From Candidatus Latescibacterota bacterium (GTDB taxonomy: Bacteria > Latescibacterota > UBA2968 > GCA-2709665): a stretch of DNA of 64,000 bases. The notes beneath the pieces were generated by a model. The model was given only the letters and a program-made list of their open reading frames with translations, was not told the DNA's origin and searched no databases. Of the stretch, positions 1 through 8,001 are shown one piece after another. The stretch's first letter is position 1, and every line of letters begins with the position of its first letter. A program made the position numbers and the translations under genes. Location: assembly GCA_963662665.2 (NCBI GenBank), contig CAXXJS010000020.1, positions 32,001 to 96,000 of the forward strand, given 5' to 3'.

Positions 1-291
1 CAACTCGCGAAGCCGCAGATTCTCCATTTTCGCTTCGCGGAGTTCCAGCAACTCGAGCGAGATCCGCAGATTCTGTTCCCGCAGGATATGATTCTCGTGG
101 CTCAGCCTGGATAGTTCCCTGGGCCATCTGAACAATCCGTGTCCGGCTTCCATAAACCCGGTGGCGATGCCTCTTGCCAACGCCACCGCATCAGATTGGC
201 TGAGCGCCATGAGACTCAACGATGCAAGGATCGCCGCGCCCAACACGGCAACCGCGCGGCGTCCTCGTAAGAAACCAAGCAGCCACTGCAT
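1..291 (-). CDS. mreC: Rod shape-determining protein MreC, 5' part (runs off the window start)
   Basis: Manual translation from ATG at 291: MQWLLGFLRGRRAVAVLGAAILASLSLMAL...LSRLSHENHILREQNLRISLELLELREAKMENLRLREL, i.e. TM helix + coiled coil with the ENxRLR motif; directly downstream of mreB. Confidence 0.9.
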   Translation of the reverse strand, partial: MQWLLGFLRGRRAVAVLGAAILASLSLMALSQSDAVALARGIATGFMEAGHGLFRWPRELSRLSHENHILREQNLRISLELLELREAKMENLRLREL

Positions 292-313
292 GAGTCATCC
301 AAACCAATGTCGA

Positions 314-1333
314 TTACAATAACAACTTCTGATACTGGTCGATATCTTCAAGAACGCGCCCGGTGCCGCGGACAACACAGGTAAGCGGGTCGTCCGCCAC
401 GATCACCGGCAAGCCGGTTTCCTCCATCAGCCTGTGGTCAAGGCCGCGCAGCAATGCCCCGCCTCCCGTCATAATGATGCCCCGGTCCAGTATATCGGCT
501 GCCAGTTCGGGCGGTGTATGCTCCAGGGTCTGCCGCACGGCCTCCAAAATGGAATTCACCGTACCGTTTAACGCCTCCCGAATTTCCACCGAATCGACAA
601 TAATGGTTTTCGGGATAAAACTGACCGTATCCAACCCCCGGCAAGGATGCTGGAATTCACTATCAAGTTTCCCGGCAGAACCGATTTCGCATTTTATCTG
701 CTCCGCGCTCCGTTCTCCAACAAGAAGGTTGTGTTTTCGTCTGAGCATCGTGATGATGGCCTGATTCATCCCGTCGCCCGCAATCTTGATTGACCTGGAG
801 GTCACGATGCCCGACAGGGCTATCACCGCGATTTCGGTTGTGCCGCCTCCGATATCTATCACCATGGACCCAACTGCCTCTTCCACGGGCAGGCCGATCC
901 CAATGGCTGCGGCCATGGGCTCCTTGATGATATACACGTCGCGTGCGCCGGCACGCTCCGCGGACTCCCGGACGGCGCGCATTTCGACTGCGGTCACGCC
1001 AGAAGGCACGCAAATCACAATCCGAGGACGTACGAGAAGCCTGTTTTTTTGAACCATTCGGATGAAATGCCGAAGCATCTCTTCGGTCACGTCGAAATCC
1101 GCAATAACCCCGTTACGAAGTGGACGTATCACCTCAATATCCGGGTTCTGGCGTCCCATCATCTGTTTGGCATGAGAACCGATGGCCAGCGGTTTGTGGG
1201 AGTTGCGATCCAGCGCCACCACCGACGGCTCATCTACCACGATATTCTGTCCTTTGACATACACCAGGGTATTGGCCGTGCCCAGATCGATACCGATGTC
1301 GTTGGACAGCAGTCTGGAAAGGAAAAATGCCAT
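314..1333 (-). CDS. mreB: Rod shape-determining actin homolog MreB
   Basis: IGIDLGTANTLVY, IRPLRNGVIADF, DIGGGTTEIAVI and TGGGALL actin-fold motifs. Confidence 0.98.
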   Translation of the reverse strand: MAFFLSRLLSNDIGIDLGTANTLVYVKGQNIVVDEPSVVALDRNSHKPLAIGSHAKQMMGRQNPDIEVIRPLRNGVIADFDVTEEMLRHFIRMVQKNRLLVRPRIVICVPSGVTAVEMRAVRESAERAGARDVYIIKEPMAAAIGIGLPVEEAVGSMVIDIGGGTTEIAVIALSGIVTSRSIKIAGDGMNQAIITMLRRKHNLLVGERSAEQIKCEIGSAGKLDSEFQHPCRGLDTVSFIPKTIIVDSVEIREALNGTVNSILEAVRQTLEHTPPELAADILDRGIIMTGGGALLRGLDHRLMEETGLPVIVADDPLTCVVRGTGRVLEDIDQYQKLLL

Positions 1334-1354
1334 AGTGATTCAGTTCCTAACGGG

Positions 1355-1654
1355 TTAGCCAAGCAATCGATCCCGAACGTCGCGATACTTGTCCAGCGTT
1401 TTCCGGACGATTTTCGTCGACGTTTGCCGTAATCAGATGGTAATTGACCACGTGCGCGAGTTTTTCGAACCAGAAGAGAGACATCTCTGTCAGGATGGCG
1501 CCCTTGCCGGGAATGCCGTTGGGTGCTACACAATCAAACGCCGAGATTCGATCTGTCGCCACAATCAGGAGTCGATCATCCAAATCATAAACATCCCTGA
1601 CCTTACCCCTGGCGAACAGGGGCACGCGTCCAACTTCGTCTCCGTCAACGCCAT
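1355..1654 (-). pseudogene. purC: SAICAR synthetase relic: 5' frameshift plus large internal deletion
   Basis: MALTETKLD (ATG 1654) is out of frame with [31 protein letters not shown]...NGIPGKG...HLITANVDE, which is followed in another frame by the PurC C-terminal-like [18 protein letters not shown] (TAA at 1355-1357); the middle ~200 codons are absent. Confidence 0.85.
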
Positions 1655-1676
1655 CACCCTGGAAGTATTTCCTCCT

Positions 1677-2339
1677 CTAGTTTAGTATTCTAACCTCCCC
1701 GCCATCGACGCTTATTCTACCTTCAGCGAACAAACCGATCGCTTCGGCGTACAACTCGTGCTCCACGACCAGTACCTTACGCGCGAGGGAATCGGGCGTT
1801 TCTTCGGGCGCCACGCGGACCCTCCGCTGCAAAACGATGGGTCCGGTGTCGTATTCACTGTCCACGAGGTGCACGGTCGCACCGGAGACCGCCACGCCAC
1901 TCCGGACGACGGCTTCATGGACGCGATGCCCATACATCCCCTTGCCACCGAATGCCGGAAGGAGAGCGGGATGCATATTGACGATACGGTCTTTATAGTT
2001 TTTGAGCGTCACCGGGCCAATTTTCTTCATGTATCCGGCCAGAACCACCAGATCGACGCCGTGGGAGTTGAGCGTTGCCGCAATAGCCCGGTCGAGGTCG
2101 CGCGGTTTCGGGTGCGTCAGACCGCTCAGGTGGAACGTGGGAACGCCCGCCCGCCGGGCGCGGGCTATCGCGCCCGATCGGCTGTTATTGCCGATCAGAA
2201 CGGCCACACGCGCCGGTAGCCGACCCGAATCGCTCCGGTCGAGTATCGCCTGCAGATTGGTTCCCCCTCCCGAGGCCAGTACACCCAGACAGTAGACGCC
2301 ATTGCGTCCAGACTGTTTTTGAATTCCGGAATCCGACAC
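1677..2339 (-). CDS. purN: Phosphoribosylglycinamide formyltransferase
   Basis: GVLASGGGTNLQAI, LAGYMK, NMHPALLPAFGG, GATVHLVDSEYDTGPI; start set at GTG 2339 (the ORF extension to 2543 overlaps the promoter region). Confidence 0.93.
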   Translation of the reverse strand: MSDSGIQKQSGRNGVYCLGVLASGGGTNLQAILDRSDSGRLPARVAVLIGNNSRSGAIARARRAGVPTFHLSGLTHPKPRDLDRAIAATLNSHGVDLVVLAGYMKKIGPVTLKNYKDRIVNMHPALLPAFGGKGMYGHRVHEAVVRSGVAVSGATVHLVDSEYDTGPIVLQRRVRVAPEETPDSLARKVLVVEHELYAEAIGLFAEGRISVDGGEVRILN

Positions 2340-2462
2340 GGGGATGCATTCCGATGGCTGACTTTGTAAAAGATAATTCGGCGGGGAAGAAGTAGAAATA
2401 GGGGGAGACACCCGTCGGCAAGAATGGCGTCGGGACTGAGAGACACGCGACTCAGCCGACTC

Positions 2463-2491
2463 AAAATAACCCATTGCCCGCTCGATGTCAA
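2463..2491 (-). promoter_or_regulatory. Putative sigma70 promoter for purN-purC-mreB-mreC
   Basis: TTGACA-17 bp-TATTTT on the minus strand. Confidence 0.55.
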
Positions 2492-2536
2492 GCGCTTTGC
2501 AGGCGAGGTTCAGGCGATGCAAGTGACAAAATCCAC

Positions 2537-2567
2537 TTGACAAGAATGCGACAACGTTCCTTATTTA
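2537..2567 (+). promoter_or_regulatory. Putative sigma70 promoter for galU
   Basis: TTGACA at 2537 with AT-rich TTATTTA about 18 bp downstream; the -10 is imperfect. Confidence 0.4.
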
Positions 2568-2621
2568 AACCGATATATGTTAAGCACTTACTCATTTGCT
2601 TCACCACAACGGAGGTCGTCC

Positions 2622-3518
2622 TTGAAGATTCGCAAGGCCGTGATCGCGGCGGCCGGGTACGGCAGCCGGTTGTTGCCGGCCACCAAAGCCCTGCCCAAAG
2701 AGATGATGCCCGTGGTAGACAAACCGGCTATACAGTATATCATCGAAGAACTCGTAGAAGCCGGGATCGACGACATTCTGATAATCACGGGCAGAGGCAA
2801 ACGGGCCATAGAAGACCACTTCGACCGCAACGTCGAACTTCGGAACGCCGTGGCAAGACAGGAAGACCGTTCGATGCTCGCAACCCTTGAACGCATCGAG
2901 CAACTCGCCGATATCCACTATCTCCGACAGAGAGAGCAACTCGGAACCGGTCACGCCGTCCTCAAGGCCCGCAAACACATCGGTGACGAACCGTTTGCCG
3001 TGCTATTCGGAGACGACCTGGTGGTATCCGATCGCCCGTGCATCGGGCAACTGATGGATCAGTTCGACAATTTCGATGCGTCGATTCTGGCGGTTAAAGA
3101 AGTGGCCCCCGAACTGGTTGGCAGCTATGGCGTGATCAACGCCGAGTCCATCAACGGGGCATTTCTCGTGAAGGGCCTCGTAGAAAAACCCGCCCCGGCG
3201 CAGGCGCCCTCAAATCTCGCCTGTCTCGGCAGGTATATTTTCGAGCCCGACATCTTCGACTTCCTGGACCGAATCACCCCGGCGCAAAATGGCGAGTACC
3301 AACTCACCGACGCCATTCAGCTGATGATTCAATCCCGATCCGTTTACGCGTGCGCAGTCGACGGGGATTGGCACACGGTTGGCGACCTGCTCTCGTATTT
3401 GAAAACAACGGTCGCGTTTGCCGTGCGGCACCCCACCATTGGCGATTCCTTCCTGGAACACCTTAAAACAACCTGTCAATCCCTGTTCGTGGACGCGGAG
3501 AAACCGCGCGACCATTGA
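2622..3518 (+). CDS. galU: UTP-glucose-1-phosphate uridylyltransferase
   Basis: KAVIAAAGYGSRLLPATKALPKEMMPVVDKP, GTGHAV, VEKP, GEYQLTDAI; GGAGG RBS at 2611 before TTG 2622. Confidence 0.95.
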   Translation: MKIRKAVIAAAGYGSRLLPATKALPKEMMPVVDKPAIQYIIEELVEAGIDDILIITGRGKRAIEDHFDRNVELRNAVARQEDRSMLATLERIEQLADIHYLRQREQLGTGHAVLKARKHIGDEPFAVLFGDDLVVSDRPCIGQLMDQFDNFDASILAVKEVAPELVGSYGVINAESINGAFLVKGLVEKPAPAQAPSNLACLGRYIFEPDIFDFLDRITPAQNGEYQLTDAIQLMIQSRSVYACAVDGDWHTVGDLLSYLKTTVAFAVRHPTIGDSFLEHLKTTCQSLFVDAEKPRDH

Positions 3519-3527
3519 ACGGGCTTA

Positions 3528-3611
3528 GAAGGTGTCTTAAAATCCCCAGCGGTCTTCGCACGGCTGCAAGAGCGCCGGTCGGGACTCACCCAGGAATTTT
3601 ACAACAGCTTC
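3528..3611. mobile_element. 84-bp MITE-like element (family B)
   Basis: Left end GAAGGTGTCTTAAAATCCC vs reverse complement of right end GAAGCTGTTGTAAAATTCC; TTA on both flanks (3525-3527, 3612-3614); lies between convergent genes. Confidence 0.6.
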
Positions 3612-4091
3612 TTACGACCGGGCAAGAAGGTCATCGAAGTCCGCCAGAATCTCGTCCACGTGGTCGACGATTACACGCTCCTGACTCGCGATCCAATCCG
3701 AATCCTGCCTGCGGAGCGCCCCACGCCTCTCAAAGGCTTCCAGTTCATCCCGATCGAGAACCGCAAGCCGACCTTCCGAATCGAACCAGAGATCCAGCAT
3801 CAGGTCGACGTAGTCAACGCAGTGATCCCGCACCTCCAGATTCTTGCAGATGTGAAAGAGATGGCCCAGCAGTCGACCCTGAGGATCGTGAGTCTTCCAC
3901 AATACATACCCGGCCCCCTGCCGGTAGTATCCATAGGTAACGGACCCGGTTTCAAACGTGACATCGCCCACCCTCCCAGGTCGTGTATTTACATATTTGA
4001 GCAACACGCTACATGGCGTCCTCGCAATGGGCTCACAAACAAAAACGGCGTCCGGTTTGTCCAGGTGCCGTTTTATCTCCCGATAGCTCAT
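3612..4091 (-). CDS. DUF402-domain protein (FomD/Ntdp-like fold)
   Basis: YVDLMLDLWFDSEGRLAVLDRDELE matches the DUF402 DLxLD...LDxDE signature; start set at ATG 4091 (MSYREIKRHL). Confidence 0.75.
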   Translation of the reverse strand: MSYREIKRHLDKPDAVFVCEPIARTPCSVLLKYVNTRPGRVGDVTFETGSVTYGYYRQGAGYVLWKTHDPQGRLLGHLFHICKNLEVRDHCVDYVDLMLDLWFDSEGRLAVLDRDELEAFERRGALRRQDSDWIASQERVIVDHVDEILADFDDLLARS

Positions 4092-4276
4092 GACGTTTAC
4101 GAACCGCTTAGAAGATAACAGAACAGCATCGCGGTACTTGCCAGCAGCCAGCATGCCCATTGCAGCAGTTTCGCGCGGCGTCCCTCCATACCTGACGAAA
4201 TGGACTGACCGAGATAGCAAAACAGGAACACCAGCGATATTCCGATACCCCAGATTGTAATCAAGAAAGACCCTCC

Positions 4277-5020
4277 TTATTCCTGAGCTTGTGCCTCGCC
4301 CGTCATCGGTACGAACCGGACAGGAATTACCCGTTCTTCCCTGACGCCGTTCGTCTCCTTAACGAGCAGCGTCAGGTGTTGGTTGGCGTTGCCGACGGGT
4401 ATCACCATGCGCCCGCCTTCCCGAAGCTGTTCGACAAGCCTCGGGGGAATATGGTCGGGCGCCGCCGTTACGATGACTGCGTCGAAGGGTGCATGTTCTT
4501 TCCAGCCCCTGTACCCGTCGCCCAGACGCACGCTGACGTTGTCGTATCCCATTCTCGTGAGTCGATCTTCGGCCTGGCGCGCGAGCGACGGTACGATTTC
4601 GATGGTATACACGTGGCGCACCAGTTTTGCAAGGACTGCCGCCTGATAGCCCGAGCCGGTTCCGATCTCGAGCACCCTCTCGTTTCCTTCAAGGGCCAGC
4701 AGTTCCGTCATTTTCGCCACAATGTAGGGTTGCGATATCGTCTGCTCCTCGCCAATAGGCAAGGCGCCGTCGTCATACGCCCGATCTTTCACCTGCTCGG
4801 GCACGAACATGTGGCGGGGCACCCCAAGCATCGCATCCAACACTCGGCGTTCCTTTATTCCGCGGCGCTCGATCTGAATTTTAACCATCCTCTTGCGCAT
4901 AATGAGAAATCGCGCCTCCTCATCCACCGACAATCCCTGTCTGTCTGTCGAATCCGCACTACAACCTGCGCAAAGCGCCAACCATAGCGCCGACAACGTA
5001 GCGCCGCGTAAGCGATGCAT
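4277..5020 (-). CDS. pcm: Protein-L-isoaspartate O-methyltransferase with lipoprotein-like N-terminus
   Basis: VPRHMFVP, QTISQPYIVA, VLEIGTGSGYQAAVL, APFDAVIVTAA, VRFVPM; N-terminus MHRLRGATLSALWLALCAGC. Confidence 0.95.
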   Translation of the reverse strand: MHRLRGATLSALWLALCAGCSADSTDRQGLSVDEEARFLIMRKRMVKIQIERRGIKERRVLDAMLGVPRHMFVPEQVKDRAYDDGALPIGEEQTISQPYIVAKMTELLALEGNERVLEIGTGSGYQAAVLAKLVRHVYTIEIVPSLARQAEDRLTRMGYDNVSVRLGDGYRGWKEHAPFDAVIVTAAPDHIPPRLVEQLREGGRMVIPVGNANQHLTLLVKETNGVREERVIPVRFVPMTGEAQAQE

Positions 5021-5041
5021 GGGCTACAGCCTCCAGGTGAA

Positions 5042-6664
5042 TCACTTTCTTTCTTGCTCCAAATATGCCTTGTCCCGCTGCAGAAGCTCCGGATTCAGCC
5101 GGTAGAACAAATCCCGCGCCTGCGGCAACATCCTGCTCGTGACGACGAATCGGCCGTCGAGCAGTAGCGATGGATTCATTGACCGATCGATACCTGCTCT
5201 GGACGCCGCAATTCGAGACCGCGCAGCAAGCCCCGCGCCATCTTCGGAGGCGCAGCGCCTTATACGCTCTACGTCCATCGCCTGCTGGTTCAGACAGGTG
5301 ATGCCGGAACCCTTGCCCCCGCCTTTCAACGCACTACGGAACACGCACGTTATATACGCCCTGTACCGATCAGGATAGATCCGCCGAACACACAAGCCGG
5401 ATAGCGTGTTTTCGTCCTGACCCATCGGATGAAGGCGGAGACGTCCCGGTGCATCGACGGCATCCAGCCACGAGAGCAGTTCGCCGGCAACTCTTACCGC
5501 GGGCGTCGATATTTCCGCAAAGAAGAAATCCATACGACCCGGAACGGACTGAAGGCCCATCAGCCGCGAGACAGGCACGAGCGCGTGACGTGGCATGTAG
5601 CTGCCGCTTATCGGATACACCGCCTGCGCAAATCGACGAAACCTGGCCGTCCTTGAAAAATCGGCGTCGAGTATAAACGCCGGCACCCGGTCTACTCTAA
5701 ACCGGTCCGCCAACTGTCTGCCCTGCCGGGAATGCACGTTCAGTGTTCGAACGTCAACGCCCGGGAACAACTCTCTGGTAGACCGGACAAAGAGCCCGGG
5801 ATCACACAGGTCGCATTCGGAATCGTTTAAAACCGTCATTCTGAAGACGACGGGATCGCTGAATTTGCAAACCGCCGAAGGCTTGCCGGCGTTAACACAG
5901 ACACCAACCCGCCCCTTCGACAGACAGTCGTTATCCGTCCCGCAGACCGGAACCGATGCACAGGGCCCGGCCAGGCTATCCAGCCCGCAGATGCGTCGCG
6001 CCAGAGCGTGCGTTCCCATTCCCTCTTTTACTTCCGAGCCGTTGACGAAAAGGGTCGGCGACGCCTTGATTCCCAGTTGATTCGCCCTCAGGATATTCTC
6101 ACGGAAGAGCGCATCTCCTTCGGAGCCGGATGTGACCGCCCCCACCCGTTCGGGATCCATTCCCGCCCGCCTCGCACTGGTCTGCCAATCCGGGGTGTTG
6201 ATGGCTTCGTTTCTATATAGAATATAGTCATAATAGCGGTCGGGATACAAATGCATCATTACAACCTGCCGGATTCCTTCCTCCACCTCGGCATCGCCGT
6301 GCAGACTCAGGAAACGGCCCGTTCCGAATACCATGCCGGAGTCGCAGGATTCACCCTGGCTCGTGAGCGGACGGAGCGGAGCGGAGGGCACGGGATCCTT
6401 TCCGGCCTCCTGAGCGATGAAATGCAGTCTGAAATCAATGCCGTCGCCAAACGCCTTCAGCGTGGGCGCCAGCGCCGCTTCCGCCCGCATCCCGTAAGGA
6501 CAGTGCGCCATCACGAACAGCTCGACCTTTACGCGATTCCCGGCATCGCCACCGCGAAACGTCCGGGACTCGGTTCCTGAAACGTCCGCAACGGGAACCG
6601 GGAGCCACGGGAAAAGACCCACCAACACCGAATGGCAAATGGCCCGCAAGCCTGTCCCACTCAT
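5042..6664 (-). CDS. Secreted multi-domain thioredoxin-fold (GILT/DsbA-like) Cys-rich protein
   Basis: Signal peptide-like N-terminus; VKVELFVMAHCPYG with cis-Pro loop ASPTLFVNG; second CDLC motif with RVPAFILD; third repeat ending NPSLLLDG. Confidence 0.65.
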   Translation of the reverse strand: MSGTGLRAICHSVLVGLFPWLPVPVADVSGTESRTFRGGDAGNRVKVELFVMAHCPYGMRAEAALAPTLKAFGDGIDFRLHFIAQEAGKDPVPSAPLRPLTSQGESCDSGMVFGTGRFLSLHGDAEVEEGIRQVVMMHLYPDRYYDYILYRNEAINTPDWQTSARRAGMDPERVGAVTSGSEGDALFRENILRANQLGIKASPTLFVNGSEVKEGMGTHALARRICGLDSLAGPCASVPVCGTDNDCLSKGRVGVCVNAGKPSAVCKFSDPVVFRMTVLNDSECDLCDPGLFVRSTRELFPGVDVRTLNVHSRQGRQLADRFRVDRVPAFILDADFSRTARFRRFAQAVYPISGSYMPRHALVPVSRLMGLQSVPGRMDFFFAEISTPAVRVAGELLSWLDAVDAPGRLRLHPMGQDENTLSGLCVRRIYPDRYRAYITCVFRSALKGGGKGSGITCLNQQAMDVERIRRCASEDGAGLAARSRIAASRAGIDRSMNPSLLLDGRFVVTSRMLPQARDLFYRLNPELLQRDKAYLEQERK

Positions 6665-6831
6665 TACCACCTCAATGATCCTTGAAGATGCCACTCTTAA
6701 CCGGGATTCATGCATAGCAAAGCCGAAGGCGGGCCGGAGGCCCGGTTCGGGTCCGGCAGTCGGGTAACAGGAAGTCGTAATCCGCCCATTCGCGGTGCGC
6801 TCCGGACCGGCGAGCGCCGGGATTGCGGCAG

Positions 6832-6867
6832 AACAAGAAAGGCCGCCTCCGGCTCAGAGACGACCTT
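6832..6867 (-). terminator. Putative intrinsic terminator after the cohesin-CTD gene
   Basis: Minus strand AAGGTCGTCTC-tgagccg-GAGGCGGCCTT (G:U pairs) followed by TCTTGTT. Confidence 0.5.
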
Positions 6868-6893
6868 AACAGTGCATCGGAAGACCGATAAGA

Positions 6894-7694
6894 CTATTTC
6901 AACAGCATCATTCGCCTGGCAGCCGAGAAATCGGCGGCCTGCAGACGATACAGATAGATCCCGCTGGCCACCTGCCGTCCCAGTTGGTCCTTGCCATCCC
7001 AAGTTATGGTATAGTGGCCCGCTTCCGTGCGTGCATCTACCAGAACACGGACCTCCTGGCCAAGGAGATTGTAGATGGCAAGCCTGACCTGTCCGGCCTC
7101 CGCAATTTGATACTCGATTGCCGTGGACGGGTTGAAGGGATTCGGCATATTCTGGCTAAGCGCCGTTCGGTCGGGCAGCGGTTTCAGATTTCCGATTTCT
7201 ATCTGAGTGAGGAGGTCGATGTCTCCATCGAGTCCCACCAGTACCCCTTCCGCAATCTGGAAATCCGTTGGGAGCGGGGCATCGGTGGCCTTGAAGATCA
7301 GTTCGACGAGAACACCGTCGCCGCTGGACCCCTGGCCGTCGACCTTCATGGCGCCGATATCCAGTTTGCCGGGCGTCCGGTTGGACGAAAGGAAGAGCGT
7401 ATTCTGCTCAGACCCCGCCTTAAGCAGATTTCCGTCGGCTTCCCTGGCTTCGAGAAACTCGTACTTGGCCGGATCGTAGATGAGCGAGAACCCGTATCCC
7501 TTAAGGTTTTTGGCTTCTGCAAGTGAAACGTGTAACTTCAGGACATCCCTGTCTGAATCGGGCGCGTCCGCCCGTTCCAGCGTCAGCCGCGCGAAAGAAT
7601 TCTGACCACCCGTGATGGTCAAACCGTCGGTCATTTCACCGGCAGAAACCGACCCTGCCAATGCAAGTGCCGCAAAAACACATAATTTCCACAT
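6894..7694 (-). CDS. Secreted cohesin-like domain protein with FlgD-Ig/T9SS type A C-terminal domain
   Basis: Signal peptide MWKLCVFAALALAGSVSA; NLKGYGFSLIYDPAKYEF...SGDGVLVELIF (cohesin-like); LSQNMPNPFNPST...IYNLLGQEVRVL...WDGKDQLGRQVASGIYLYRL...MMLLK. Confidence 0.85.
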   Translation of the reverse strand: MWKLCVFAALALAGSVSAGEMTDGLTITGGQNSFARLTLERADAPDSDRDVLKLHVSLAEAKNLKGYGFSLIYDPAKYEFLEAREADGNLLKAGSEQNTLFLSSNRTPGKLDIGAMKVDGQGSSGDGVLVELIFKATDAPLPTDFQIAEGVLVGLDGDIDLLTQIEIGNLKPLPDRTALSQNMPNPFNPSTAIEYQIAEAGQVRLAIYNLLGQEVRVLVDARTEAGHYTITWDGKDQLGRQVASGIYLYRLQAADFSAARRMMLLK

Positions 7695-7748
7695 CACCGC
7701 CTCCTTTCGGAGCCTGAACAAAACGCATTTTGGAAACTCATTTAAGAA

Positions 7749-7777
7749 AATTTACGATTTATACCACCCCGTGTCAA
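7749..7777 (-). promoter_or_regulatory. Putative sigma70 promoter for the cohesin-CTD gene
   Basis: TTGACA-17 bp-TAAATT. Confidence 0.55.
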
Positions 7778-8001
7778 CAGGGAATTTCGATGGCAACTGA
7801 CGATTTTCCTGGCGGGCGCGAACGACCGCTCCCGGCTGCGGCAAACGACCGGAGACCGGGGATGTGGCAGCGGGGCCCGGCGTTTACCGTTTCGGGACGG
7901 TTAACGTTTAACCGGCTTTCCGACGGGACGAAAGCGCCTCGAGCGCATCGGACCCATTTGCCACGCTTCCGGTCCTGGCGCCGAATTCTCAAGCCGGTAG
8001 C

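Noticed and set aside
2340-2460. Hairpin in the purN leader as a ZTP or purine riboswitch
   Set aside because: A stem exists (2429-2460) but I could not find the conserved ZTP or purine aptamer elements, and it overlaps the predicted TSS; a cmscan against Rfam would settle it
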